In this document: piece after piece, positions 12,750 to 26,470 of the stretch | Numbering within the stretch: the first letter of the stretch is position 1 | Layout: the number at the start of each line of letters is the position of its first letter | Source of the DNA: Paecilomyces variotii | Lineage: Eukaryota | Strand: one strand, 5' to 3' | DNA length: 64,000 bases | Assembly: GCA_004022145.1 (NCBI GenBank) | Contig: RCNU01000003.1 | Program-made: the position numbers and the translations under genes | The notes under the pieces: model-generated | Database searches by the model: none | Told to the model about the DNA's origin: nothing | Seen by the model: only the letters and a program-made list of their open reading frames with translations

Positions 12750-14824
12750 CTTGCTCTCTGTTTCCTAACCCCGCTGGATATAGAGTAGTACCACCAGACA
12801 AGCTCTTGGCCACTGCACACACCGTCCACGCTGGACTTGACTGGCCCTCTTAAAAGGGGATGAGGTGATTATGAGGTGATTTCCGGTCTTCCTCGTGGAT
12901 GACACGAGTTGGCGCTTTGGCGATGGGAATCCCACGGTCTATAAAAGACGCGAGACAAGCTCAATTTTTTTCAACCAGTCGACCGGCACGAGCACCCAAG
13001 GCCACTAGTGGGGAGAACCGACTGAGTATAGACCCCGTTTTGCTCGGCCATTTTTTTCCCGCCCACAGATGGCCATCGAGCTTACTTTTATCAGGAAGCG
13101 TGCCATCGAGCTCGCGTGCCCTGGTTTAGGTGCGAAGGTAGCCGCTCCGCGCACAGTTTGGGTGACGGGCCAGTCAACTCGGTAATGTGGGCCGAAAGAT
13201 AAGGATGTTACACTTGGGGAACCCTATCGTGCTGGGCTAACGAGATCGCGCCGGTCGAATTTGCGTCTAGTTCGAGCAGTGACCTTCTGGAAGGCGTTTT
13301 TGCTTGTCTTTCGCAGCGTGGCGGCGGCAAACAGGCCATGGCGGCTTGCCGATCCATGTACCACGGGACAGATGAGCATGTGCATGTCTCGAGCAGGAAA
13401 AATAGAGGACTCGTAGAAGCGAATTGGCATATAATAATAATAATGTGTCAACCTCAAGTCTTCCCCAGATCTGCGATCGACGCACAAAGAACATTATTAT
13501 ATGCACAGTCTCAACTGCTTCTCTGGAAACAGTCTGCGTTAGTGGGAAACTGATAGCGGCCGATACCTAACTAACTAGCTCAGGCTTCTGGGCTTCTGTT
13601 GTGCGGAGAACGCCGTCGATGGTCGTCTCACGAAAGCTTCAGCTTGGCAACTTGGCTCGACGTGATCCCTGGAATCGTGCATGCCATGCCCGATATCTGC
13701 CGTCCTCTGTGCGATAAAAGGGATACGGAACAAGCATCCTTCTAGCCTCTAGAAAAGACTATTGGAGCGTCTGTCAGTATAATAATAATGGAAAAGGGAA
13801 AGCTCCTCTCATATTATTGCGGATCAGCAGCAGACTTTCCATGAACAGTCTAGGCTCGAAAAAGAACAAACCGGGGAGCGCTAGACAGTTACATAGATGA
13901 TAGGAATAAAATAATATGCGGGGTTAGAAGTTTGTCAGGTTAATAATAATCTCTCAGCTCAGGAGCTTAAGTAGTAGTAGCTTTCGGAGAGCCCGGATGT
14001 GCTGGTTCCAATCTGGGTTTGAGTACCAGGCGAGTTATTTGTGCACGACTGCAAGTAGAATCTGGTATATATAGAATATATAGGACATATAGAATATGAA
14101 GAAAGTGCTAGATTGGTACCACCCTCGTAACTTTGTTGTTGGATGGAAGGATGGGAATAATATGAATAGTAACTAGGTACCTAGGTACGTAGGTTTAAAG
14201 TCTGATCCTGTAAGAAAAAGGTTTGCCTAGGTCGAACTCTGCGGGGAACCATGAAAAAAAAAGGGTGTACCGCTCTGCTTATCCATTTTCTTCCACCTGA
14301 AAAATGGAGATATCTGTCTTATTTAGTCTACAGGATCCTTTGTGATGGACAAGCTAAGCTCTTGATGTGGCCGGACAACCAGACCACTGCGCAGCGAACC
14401 ATATATATATGGTGACTCTATAAAAGCGCAATAACACAGTAGCATCGCCGTATCGCACGCGAGAGAATAATTAGATGGCTCGAGTACTTAGACAGGTGAC
14501 AATAATAATCGTTATTATGACTTGTACCTCCCTGTACCTCGAATATCATCGTAGCGCAAACCTTACGTGGTGGAACTGTCCTGGTTTGGTTGCCGTTTGC
14601 GTGACCCTCTCTACTTAAGTGCTTACTTGGCGGTTCGGACAGCCGACGGGATCTCATTGTCAGGAACAACTTACAAGGCAGACAAATAATACATCCAACT
14701 CTTCGCGCAGCCATTTGCGATCAGGGATTTCCTGCTTTACTTTCATCTAAACACTTATCACTAGCGCGCCTATCTTGTCTCTAGAGACCTTTCTAGCCTC
14801 TCTCCTCAGGTGTTCTCGTTGATC

Positions 14825-16624
14825 ATGGGCTCCGGTGACGACGAGTGGGAGTTGGATGAGGGGATCCCTCAGTTTGGAGATCCGTTCATCCAAAAATATA
14901 TCAACGGCAGAGAAGCACTTATCCAGGAAGAGCGCAAACAGCGTCATGGTAGTTTTGATCCTTATCTCTCATCACTGGGGAAAATAGAAGTGAACATGAT
15001 CTAACGTCGTCCAGATTATACATTTCGTAAATCCATGTCCCGCGTGGCTGCGGAGGCATCCAGGATCGTGTCCCGCATCCGTGCCAGGGAGCAGCGAGAT
15101 GTGTGGACTGATCATTTAGAGGAAAAAATCGCCCACCAGTCTGATGAAGTGCTCTATCCAGGTATCATGTTCAATCTGGCCAAGGATCGCATGGAGAAGA
15201 CGGATCTCTGGAAGATTGTGCACCGGATGCCCAAAGGCGCACTGCTCCATGCCCACATGGATGCCATGTTTGACCTCGACTATCTAATCGATCTGGCATT
15301 TACAACGCCCGGAATACACATTTCCGCACCCCAGCCATTATCATCGGATAAGGCTCTAGATGTGGCCCCGGTATCTTTCCAGTTTTCCAAACGCCCTTTG
15401 TCCAAATCGGACAATAAGCCCTCGATATGGACAGATGACTACGAGCCTTCGACCCTGCTTCACATTCAGAAAGCTGCTTCTACCTTCCCGCGCGGTGGAG
15501 AGAGTGGATTTCGCGAGTGGTTGAAGAGCCGTTGTATGATCGCTCCGGATCATTCGTATAATCACCATCACGGAGTGGATGCAATCTGGGCCATCTTTCA
15601 GCGGACTTTCCCCGTTATCAATTCGATCCTGTTCTACGAGCCAATACTAAGAAAGTGTCTGCGTCGAATGCTCGACGAGCTTGCAGTCGATGGGATAAAG
15701 TATGTCGACTTTCGAGTCGCGTTCCTCTTTGAATATCGCCGGGAAAACAGCGAGACCCCAGAGGACGACTACATGGAGTTCCTTAACGTTTTCGAGGAGG
15801 AAGTCGAGGCCTTTAAAGCAACAGAAAAGGGAGCGAGATTCCACGGCGCAAGAATTATCTGGACAACTCTGCGCCGGTTGCCAAACCGAGATATTGTCGA
15901 GAGTATGAAGGAATGCATCGAATCCAAGAAAGAATTCCCAGAGATAATCTGCGGTTTTGACGTTGTCGGGCAGGAAGACCAAGGCAGACCACTCGTGGAT
16001 ATGACACCCATTCTGTTCTGGTTTCGTAAAGCCTGCGCGGAGGAGGGCGTGGAAATCCCCTTTTTCTTCCACGCGGGCGAGTGTCTGGGTGACGGAGATG
16101 CGACAGACAACAATCTGTTCGATGCTATCCTCTTGGGAACCCGGCGGATCGGCCATGGCTTCTCGCTATATAAGCATCCTCTACTCATCGATCTAGTGAA
16201 AGAAAAGAAGATACTGATTGAATGCTGTCCCATCTCGAATGAGATCCTACGGCTGACCAGCTCGATCAAATCGCATCCCCTCCCAGCACTGCTGTCACGG
16301 GGAGTCCCGGTCTCTCTTTGTAACGATGACCCGGCTGTACTGGGACACGGCAGGAATGGACTGACGCATGACTTCTGGCAAGCGCTTCAGGGACTGGAGA
16401 ATATGGGCCTCGAAGGCCTCGCTGTGATGGCGGAGAACTCGATCCGCTGGAGCTGCTTTGAAGACCAAACCACAGCTGAGTGGCAGAAGGATATCCGTGA
16501 CGGTGTCACTGGGAATGGTGTGAAAGCACAACGCTTGCGAGAGTGGTATGCCGACTTTGAAGAGTTCTGCCAGTGGATCGTGATGGAGTTTGCAGACGAA
16601 GGGCTGGATGGTGACGATAACTGA
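14825..16624 (+). CDS. Adenosine deaminase, ADA2/ADGF (CECR1) family
   Basis: Exon 14825-14948, intron 14949-15014, exon 15015-16624. Motifs MPKGALLHAH, GFDVVGQED, FFFHAGE, RRIGHG, ECCPISN and NDDP. Confidence 0.92.
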
Positions 16625-17402
16625 GGTACAACCAAGAAAGAAGAAGACAATAATGATATAGGTTACTAGAACTTTGGAATCAATTCATAATAACACCTAA
16701 TTTGTCTCCAATTTAGAAAAGCTCTCATCAGACTGACATGAGACGGTCATCTGATGTCCAATGTATAGATGATCGATGATCGGACGAAACAGCTTGACCG
16801 CATCCGGATGTGTGACTGAGACATAATGATCTAGATAGATACCTAGTGGTAGGTGCCCGGAGTAAGGAGAATACTATGCACATTTATCTTCATAGATAAG
16901 CGTGAGTGATAGATCATCTTCCCTTGCTTGCTGTCGTTTGGCTGTGGTGCTACTGGTCTGCGCCGTCTCTTCTCCTGCGGAAGCATCACCACCACAGCTC
17001 TCAAACCCCGCCACTGACCTTGCGGCCTCCGAGTGGTGACACTTGGTGCCTGCTTGCATCCATCGCCGGGACGATGAGATGGAAACTAGCCAGCACAGCA
17101 TCCCCCATCCTCTGAACTGGGCCCGACCAACCTCCTCTTGAACAAAATCCTCGTGGTTTCAGAAGGGGCGGTGTTCCGCCACCTGAAGCGCTGCGTCCTA
17201 CATCACCGCCATCGGTGAGCAACGGCGTCCATCCCGGACCCTCAAAACTAACAACGACCTTACACTTACTCCAACTTTCCGCCTCCGCATCGGCCAGCGG
17301 ATGACGTGCGAACAGCATCTTGTCCTTACCATGATCGCGCTTCGATGATAGCTGGCATCTTAGTTTGAGCCTTTGTCGGCTCCTTTTGGTTTCTTATCCA
17401 TC

Positions 17403-20400
17403 ATGGCCTACTTCCTGCCGTCGTTCTTCCAGAAGCGGCTGCTGCGGTATGCCCTATCGCGGCTCGAGCTCATCGATACCGATGCCTTGGATCTCGACCG
17501 TTTAGGCATCCGCTGGGGGCAGAGAAGTACTTTCGAACTGCGGGATATTGGTCTGAAGCTGGAGGTAGGTACTCGAATGATAAAAGAACCTCTTGTATCG
17601 GAGCTATTTCCGATAGCTACGGAGCATGTCTATCAAAGCAACATACTGATCATATCGTCTCTCTAGAAACTTTCCTCCCTTCTCCATCTCCCGCCAGCGT
17701 CCGAACTGCTTCAAGCTCGAATCCTCCTGCTCAGAGTGACCATACCCGCCGACATTTACAGCAGTGGTATCGTTGCGGAGGTTGAAGGTGTCAGTGTACA
17801 TCTAAGACTGCTACCGAACGACCCCAACACAGGTACGGATGGCAAGAAGCGGAGGGATCAGAGTTCTACATCCTTAAGACATGATACATCCGGTCGCTCT
17901 CAAGGCTTCCGGTCGGATATCCATGATCCCGGCGGTGACCAAGTGCTTCCAACTACGACCGACCTTGCGCAGTCATTTCTACAGTCAGAACCGCGGGAGG
18001 AAAAGGAAGAACTGCAGGCGGCTATTTCATCGCAGTCAGGATACTTGCATCCGTCATCTGGATCACTTAGTGATGATGAGGAGCTGGGACTCGGTCAGCA
18101 GGGTGTCTCCTTGCCTAGCTTCATTGCAGGCTTCTTAAAGGGCGTTGTGGATAGACTGCAGGTAAAGATCAAGGATGTCGCTTTGCGTGTGGATATGGAG
18201 CTCGAACAGGATGCGCCAACGAAGAGGCACCCGCAGGACAAGCCGGATCCGATAACAGGGCTGTTGACGATCAGAGAACTGTGCATCGATGGCGTGGGTT
18301 CCTATGCCTCCAGCGAGGACAAGGGTCATACCGTCAATCTGGGAAAGCGGCTGATCACCCTGTCTGATATACAAGCAATGCTATTGTCGGATCCGGTTGT
18401 ATTCTCCAACTATGCATGTTTCGCGGCTCCTCCTTCGCCGCCCACCACGCACCCTAAGGAGAGTCAGACAATTAGTAGGACATCATCACCTGCGCCCGCA
18501 TCCGTTCATTATGACTCCCCGCTTGCCATGACACACTCGACTATTCTGCCGCCCCCTCGCGACCTGGAGCCTTATCCAGAGCCTGCACCCGACATTGGAA
18601 CTTCCCATACCCATGGTATGGAGCAATCAACATATACGGCTGACGGCCGATTCTCAGATGCTGGAACCGATGAAGAATTCGGAAGTGACGGCTATCCGGA
18701 AGATTATCCAGATCTATCAGCTAGCCAGTACGACGACCGGTTCTTAGACAACCCAGCGTATCTAGAGGAGGTATTCAATTCTCATCTCGGAGATGATGTC
18801 GAAGGGTCAACTGTATTAGATTCTGGAGAGCAGCAGCCTAGGAACACAGAAGAGACGGTTATGCACCAGAGTTCACATTCGGAAGGCCTTGGATCTGCCG
18901 ATGAACCACTTGGTATGGAGAAATCCTCAGGCTCAGGCGCAGGTCATGGGGAGATACAAAGCAGTAGAGGCTCGCTCCACGTGAGTGAGTCCAGGAATGC
19001 TTCAAATGAACACTTGGCCCTGCTACCTACTGAGCCGTCCACATCATCTGAACAGCATGTGTCTTCATTGCAAGGGAGCATAAGCGAAGATAACCATCCG
19101 CCTCTCGCCTCTCCGGCTTCTGATGCGGGCAGTGCTCATTCTCAATCAGGTTCATCCAATGGGGCTCTCTCCGAGTCGAAGATCTTCTCCCACGAGGAGG
19201 CAGAAAGCATGTATATGAGTGCGATCAGTCATGCTTCCACATCAAAGAGCTATTTCCCAGATATACCTGGAGCCTGGGAATCACCTAAGGCCAGTATTAG
19301 GGACGTACACACCTCTAGATGGGATGCAGATGCTCCTTCGTTCGCGCCGCTCGACGACCTCAAGCAGGACGATCAGGATGATACGATAGTCTCCACTCCG
19401 AAACTCACGGCGAAGCACGAACCAGAGACCGAATTGCAACGTTCTCAGGAGTCTTTACGAAGCCATGGACATGATCTGAACGCTCAACCAGATACCGAAG
19501 CAAGATCCGACTTCTTCTCTCCTTCTCTTAATAAAGACACCGATGTCGCGAAGAAAATCCTGGATATCAGTGAAATAAAGATTTGGCTCCCTTCAGAGGA
19601 CGGTACGGCGGAAACAGAACCTGAGGATGAATCTTCTACATGGCAAGACAGACAATCTGGTGATCATATGAGAGAGTCTACTGTTAGCCTGTCAGAGTCT
19701 ACAGCCGGTGAACTTGCCAGCTCAAGAATGGCTTTCTCCAGGAGGCTACGCCAGGATTCTATTTCATCTATCCCGGCGGACCATGCACAGCGGACGTCAG
19801 GTCAGCCCCTAAACACAAAGCAACGTGACGCTTTCTCTGTTGAGGTAGCCTCCCTCGCCATTCAGTTCGACATTGCCACCGGATGGCTATTGACAAAGAT
19901 GGGCCAGAGATTACTCAATGCTCATAAAGGTAACGATAAGGAAGAAAATGTCCAGCAGAATAGTCCTCGAGGAGCTCCGGCACGGAATTCAACAATCTTG
20001 GACTTCTCTTTGAAGAATTGTTCTATCAAATTCCTTGAGCACTTGCCAGGTTCCACCTACCCTGTGCAGAAAGTGGACTTCCGGCCATCGCAGCCTGGTT
20101 TCTCTTATCTTGCAGATACCATCTTACAAGCGACGATATCCGGCCTAAGAGCGGATTTCGCGATGGATACAGCCACGACGAAACTCCGTCTGGAGCTTTC
20201 GAAGTTTACCTTGGGTTTCGCTTCTGAGGATCTTCTCTCATTCAACGAGGGTCTCAAAATGCGAGAATCGACAAGAGATATCTTAGCACCTGTACACGGA
20301 GATATATCCCTCTCCTTGACAAGGACGGCTGACTTTGCTTCTGTCAATCTTACGACTTTGCCATTACACTTGAATCTCAATCTTCAGCGATTGGAGGAAG

Positions 20401-23400
20401 TAATGAGCTGGTTCGGTGGCTTGAGTACCATTCTGGAGCTCGGTAGCTCGATCGCGTCAGTGTCAACAGTAAGAGGTGCAAAGCCGGAACCGAATAAGCG
20501 ACCGCGCGGTGTACATTTTGAAGCAACTCCTTCCACGCCCACAAGCGTTTCCGCTGATGCCTCTGTTCCGTGGAAAGTTAATGTTCGACTTGGTGGTCTC
20601 GCTGTTGATGTTGTTGGGGAGAGTCATGGTATCAAGCTTGAAACGACTGCGGTTAAACTTGTCAGCAGATCTGATACAGTCGGCTTGCAAATCGACAAAG
20701 CCAAGCTTAAAGGACCGGTACGACTTGATGACGGCGGTAATGCGCCAGCAAAAGTCAGTCTTGGCAACATCCGAATCCTGTATCTCTTCTGTCCGAAGGA
20801 AGTCGATTTGGATCGACTTTTGTCGTTACTTACCCCTTCAAAAGACAAGTACGAGGATGACGACGACATCATGCTCGATACTCTATTCCGGCAACGTAAG
20901 CAAGGGGCCGTAATTCGAGTGACAGTCGATACTGTTAAAACGGTCGTCTCCCGTGTCGACGCCCTAGATGCTTTGTCTCAGCTCGGAAATGAGATGGCTA
21001 AACTGTCCAGTGTCGCCAAATATCTGCCCGAGGACGACCGACCTGGGATCCTAACGCTGGTTCTAGTCAAGGAACTTCAAGCTCAAGTAAAGATCGGGGG
21101 CAAGATAGGAGACATCGGCTTGCTTGCCACCAATTTTGAAGCCGCCCACATAAGCATTCCTTCTCTCGTTGCCGCTCAGGTAGGGGGTGTTTCTCTCTCC
21201 AGAAATGGAAACGAAGAGCTTGTGGGAGAGGCGTCGTCCCCGACGATGGGCCGAACGCAACTGGAGGCCCCCCTTCCCATGATAATGGCCAGATTCATCG
21301 CTGAAGAGATGGACCCAACGGTTAAAATCAAGTTGAACAATCTCCGTGTGGAGTATACCGTTCCTGCTATCATGGCTTTTCTAGGAATGGACGAGAATAC
21401 TTCAACGGAAGACATTGCTACCAATATGGCACAGTCTGTTGCAAGCTTAGCCGATTTACAAGATCGCCGGCAAAGTAGTGCCCCTTCCTCGATGCATTCT
21501 CCCACAAGTCTAGGCGCCTCTAAAGAGAAGACCAAGCCTCTCAAGCTTGCAGTCGCCTTGCGAAATTGTGTCATTGGACTTAACCCTCGGGATCTGCCCT
21601 CTAAAGGTCTTGTTGTCTTCACTTTTGCCAAGTTTACGGGAGGGTTCTATGACGATAAACCATTAGAGGCTTCATTGGATATCAGGAAGGCCTGCATCAT
21701 GATTATTGATGATGTTCAGAATGTGGGCTTAACGGAAAATTTACGCAGACTCGGCTCAGCAGCTGGGCAAAGCGACCAAGTTCAGGAGTTCATCAATATG
21801 GGTTATGTTCCAGTGTCGTACATCTCCTCAGCCATGGCGTTGGTGAAGCTCATCGAGCTCGAACCTGACGGGAGCAAATCATTGGATGTTGAGTTAAGGG
21901 ACGACCTGCTTATTCTTGAGACGTGCGCCGATTCCACGCAGACGCTGATTAGCATCCTCAATGGCTTGAATCCGCCTACACCGCCAAGTACTGCTCTTAA
22001 ATACCGCACCGAGGTTATGCCAATTCAGGATATGCTTGCATCATTCTCTGGCGACGCGTTCGCTACGGAAACAATGTCTGAACCCGAAGACCTGTTTGAA
22101 GCTACTGACGTTCCCCAAGATTATACAAATGTGGAGCACGGGGAGGATGAGTTGGAATACGTCAGCGAGTTCTATCCGTCAAAGCCTGATTTTGACGGCG
22201 ATATGCTCAGGGAAAGCATGAGCGGCTCTGCGATGGCGTCATCACAATCAAAAGACCTGCTCGACAGTTTCCATACTCAACACCAGGTCACGTCAAGTAT
22301 TTCTGAGCTCGACTTCCAAGAGGATCATTTTGCCAAGCAGTCTGCTGTCGGGGGCACAGCGCATAGATGGGATTCATCCCATAACACCTACGGGCTGTCG
22401 AACGATGTCAAATTGAAGGGAAGCCCTCTGAGAGTAAGGGTTCGTGATGTGCATGTCATCTGGAATCTCTTTGATGGCTATGACTGGCAGCGGACGAGGG
22501 ACACAATATCCAAGGCTGTGAAAGACGTAGAACTGAAGGCTACCGAGCGACGAGCCAGGGCAGCCAGCCGTGCATCTCCAGGAGTTGAAGATGAAGAGGA
22601 GTCAGTCATCGGCGACTTCCTCTTCAATTCTATATACATAGGCATCCCGGCAAACAAGGACCCACGTACTCTCGCGCAGGAAGTCAACCGTGACATAGAC
22701 GACCTCGTTAGTGAGACGGGAAGCTATGCTACATCCACGACTGTGACGGGAGCAACAGTACGCCATGATCGGTCCTCGTCTATTAGAGGCAGGAAACTGC
22801 GCCTCTCCAGGAGCAAGCACCACAAGATGACTTTTGAGCTGAAAGGTATATCGGCAGATTTTGTCGTCTTCCCACCTGGCTCCGGTGAAACAGTAAGCTC
22901 TTTGGATGTCCGGGTCAAAGATCTGGAGATATTCGATCATATCCCAACCTCCACTTGGAAGAAGTTTGCTACCTATATGCATGACGCTGGAGAAAGGGAG
23001 AGTGGCACAAGCATGATACACATAGAGCTTCTGAACGTAAAGCCTGTCCCTGATCTTGCTGCGTCTGAGATTGTCCTTAAGGTAAGCTCTGCCGAATTTG
23101 ATAGAATTGCGCGCTGTCTAACACGATCACAGGCGACTGTCCTTCCCTTACGCCTCCATGTCGACCAGGATGCTCTGGACTTCATGAGTCGGTTCTTCGA
23201 GTTCAAAGACGAGAATGCACCCGCTCCAAGCTCTCCCGGAGAACAACCGTTCCTCCAGAGAGTAGAGGTCAATGCTGTGAGGGTCAGACTTGATTTCAAG
23301 CCGAAGAGAGTCGATTATGGAGGTCTCAGATCTGGACGTACAACGGAGTTCATGAACTTCTTTGTCCTCGACAATGCAGACATGGTTTTGCGACATGTTA

Positions 23401-24154
23401 TCATCTACGGGGTTTCAGGGTTCGAAAAGCTTGGACTCACCCTGAACGATATATGGATGCCAGACGTGAAGCGGAACCAGCTCCCAGGTGTCCTTGCCGG
23501 TCTAGCTCCGATTAGGTCGATCGTCAATGTCGGTAGCGGTGTCAAGGATCTTGTTGTCGTTCCCATGCGCGAGTATAAGAAGGACGGGCGTATCGTCCGC
23601 AGCATCCAAAAGGGGGCGATGGCATTCGCAAAGACGACTACGAACGAACTGGTTAAGTTAGGTGCTAAACTTGCCATCGGCACACAGACGGTACTGCAAG
23701 GAGCTGAAGACTTCCTCAACGCACCCGGTGCACCCCAGACTGTGCTCGACGACGACCTTGAAGAGGAAGAGAAGAAGCGAATCTCATTGTACGCAGACCA
23801 GCCTGTTGGTGTTGTCCAGGGCCTTCGAGGTGCCTACAGCAGCCTTGAGCGTGACCTTCTCCTTACTAGAGATGCAATTGTTGCGGTGCCTGGAGAAATC
23901 ATGGAGAGTGGCAGCGCCGCTGGTGCTGCCAAGGCTGTATTCAAACGAGCTCCAACGGTCATCCTCAGACCTGCTATTGGAGCAACTAAGGCAGTCGGAC
24001 AGACGTTGTTGGGCGCAGGCAATACCTTGGATCCGACTAATAGGAGGAGAATGGACGATGTAAGTCGTAAATCCAGCACGATCCTGTGCCTGGCTCTTGC
24101 GTTTCTGGCTCATGCTGACGGCTGTCCTTATTACAGAAATACAAACGACACTAG
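17403..24154 (+). CDS. ATG2: Autophagy-related lipid transfer protein Atg2
   Basis: N-terminus [18 protein letters not shown] (chorein-like). Introns 17565-17666, 23082-23132 and 24060-24136. Motifs [30 protein letters not shown] and DFKPKRVDY; spliced end RRMDDKYKRH*. Confidence 0.95.
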
Positions 24155-26002
24155 AGTATGTTTTCACGAACCATCAGATACGAGTACATGCATTCAACGC
24201 GACCTTTTTTCGAATCTGGCGTTTATTTTCAAGGCGGTCAATCGAGGGAAGCGCATCCAACATTTTTCTAACGACCAACGAAATCGGCATGTTTTCATTC
24301 TCTTTTCATTTTGCTGTGCACTAGCGAAATACTCGAGATTCCCCAGTCTGCGCATAGCTTGACATAGACGCCTTTCGCATGACTTGACTTCGGACGCTGC
24401 CATATTATCTCAATGGCATTTCTTTCTTTTCTTTTATTTGCGTATGTTTTTCTTTTGTGTGTCTCTTAGCCAATGACGTACGTACTATTCACGCGCACAA
24501 ATGACCAGGTACAGAACAGGATGAGATATTAGGATATATGTTTCTAGGAACTTGATATGATTAAGAATGTCTGAGTCGCCTTTCTTCTTTGTCTTCTCTT
24601 CTATTCTCAAGTTATGATAACCATGTTTATATCCATACCTCTTGCTGAAGTCTTAAGGACATAATTCCTCTCTTCTTTTATCTTCTGTTACGTCCTGCCT
24701 GGTAGTTCTATGTGTATCCAATGCTCTAAGAATATGTGTTCATATGATCGTTACTACGTAAATTGCGTGGCACACATACCCTCCGGCAACAGTTCCCGCA
24801 TCACCAGGCCTGTTTATTCACCCTGTGAACGTTGCCGCGCAGTTCGTCGTCGTTCCCCAGTTCCATTTCCTCGGTGTCTATCTAGATGCCGATCTAATTA
24901 AACCCCTCCTTAGATCCCGCCACGACATTTGAAACCCGTTCTCATCCGCTTACGCCAGCGAGTGGACTAGTTACCTAACTCAAATTCCAAAACTATGTAT
25001 AGCATAAAATACGTAATAATTTACCCATCGCGTGCTGTGACCGTCGATGCGAAAGAAGAAAACGATCTGGTAATGGAAACAAGCTAGGCTAGTAGTAAGT
25101 AAGTAAGGCCATCGAATAATAGTGCGTTATGTGGTTAGAGCTGGTCCGTTACGTCGTAAGGCTGAGCCACGAAGATGGATCACTACTAACTAGGTCTTAG
25201 TTAAGTAGCTGATTTCGGGTGCTCGGGGTGCGGAGAGGCAAAAGAGCGATGTTCTGGAACAGTGATGGGAGGCTTTCCTACTGGTTAGTTTATCTTCCTG
25301 TGTGTGATGATGGTAATTGATGTTTTCTTCTCCAACGATAGAAAGAACTGCCGAGGCAACCCACTACGGGCACGCTGCAGATGGGAATCCCGATTAGTTA
25401 TCAAGTACTACTAACTGCTGTTGTTTGGTAGCAAACAGTAAATTTGTCGAGTACCGCCTGACAAGGCTGATTTCCATGCTGATCTGGCCGTTGTATCGAT
25501 TCTCTAGCCCTTCTAGAATCAATGCACAGTGTGTAGTAGTGCAGTGTGCCCATGCGAAAGGTGGACGGTGGTCGAATAGTTGAAGTTGATAGTACTTAGG
25601 AGGGGATCTCCCTTCACTGCCACATTCAATAATAGGCCCTCCAATCGCACCGCAAAGGTTCAACATCAGGGAAATGCGATCATCATTTCAGTCATCCACG
25701 GGATCAGGCCTTTGTTCAGCCGCTTAATATGGCTACAGAAAATGACGAGTGAAGGTGGGCAGATCCAGCATCTCCGTGACGCAGCACGAGCCCCCTTTCT
25801 GAGTATGTGAAAGTCCTCAAACTACGCTTTTCCGATGGTATGGTTAACGTTTCCAATCCAATGACGGCGAATGTATCCCACAACGTTGAAATGCCAGACT
25901 GCTTCCAATAAGAAGCGGTAAATAAAATGCTGTCATCGCCTCCCTTTGGGTAGCCACTCACCAAGTGGCCTTCAATGGTCGATGGGAAAAAAAGACGGTA
26001 GT

Positions 26003-26447
26003 AGGCTAGGTGCTGGCCTCTATCATGTATCTAATCCGGTTCACTCGGAGACAGGGAACCATCACTCGCGGGTCCCTTGCAGGTGTGAGGGTCATTGGTT
26101 CGTACGATTCCACGATGGAATCAGAGAACCGTGCCACGTTGGCCCTGCCGGCCCTTGAACATAGGCCGGGGGCCGTGGAATCTTCAGCCGTAACCCGTCC
26201 AAGCCAGGAGCGAAGGCCGTTCTGCACGCGGAGTGGTTGGCGATGCTGTGTATGTCGGGCCCTGGCTGCGTCTGTCGAAAAGGCCAAGGACCGCACTATC
26301 CTTCCCCATTGGTCTCGGCCGTAGCGGCCGATCTTCTCGCTGTCTGAGGCGAACGCGACATGCCGCTTTCCCTGGCGATTGTCTGGCTATGGGCGATGGG
26401 CCTTGCGGAGCCGGTAATGATGAGTACTAGACCTGATATTTTTTTTT
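26003..26447 (+). ncRNA. Candidate ~430-nt structured non-coding RNA of unknown class
   Basis: The 5' and 3' ends pair in a long interrupted stem, there are several GC-rich internal hairpins with G-U pairs, and the unit ends in T9. No credible spliced CDS. Confidence 0.5.
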
Positions 26448-26452
26448 CTCTT

Positions 26453-26470
26453 GTATGTGTGTGTGTGTGT
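26453..26470 (+). repeat. (TG)n microsatellite
   Basis: tgtatgtgtgtgtgtgtgt directly after the T-run. Confidence 0.7.

Noticed and set aside
17736-24362. 2208-aa ORF-track translation taken as the Atg2 protein
   Set aside because: It misses exon 1, reads through the in-frame 51-nt intron 23082-23132 and runs through the last intron. The spliced model ends at 24154.
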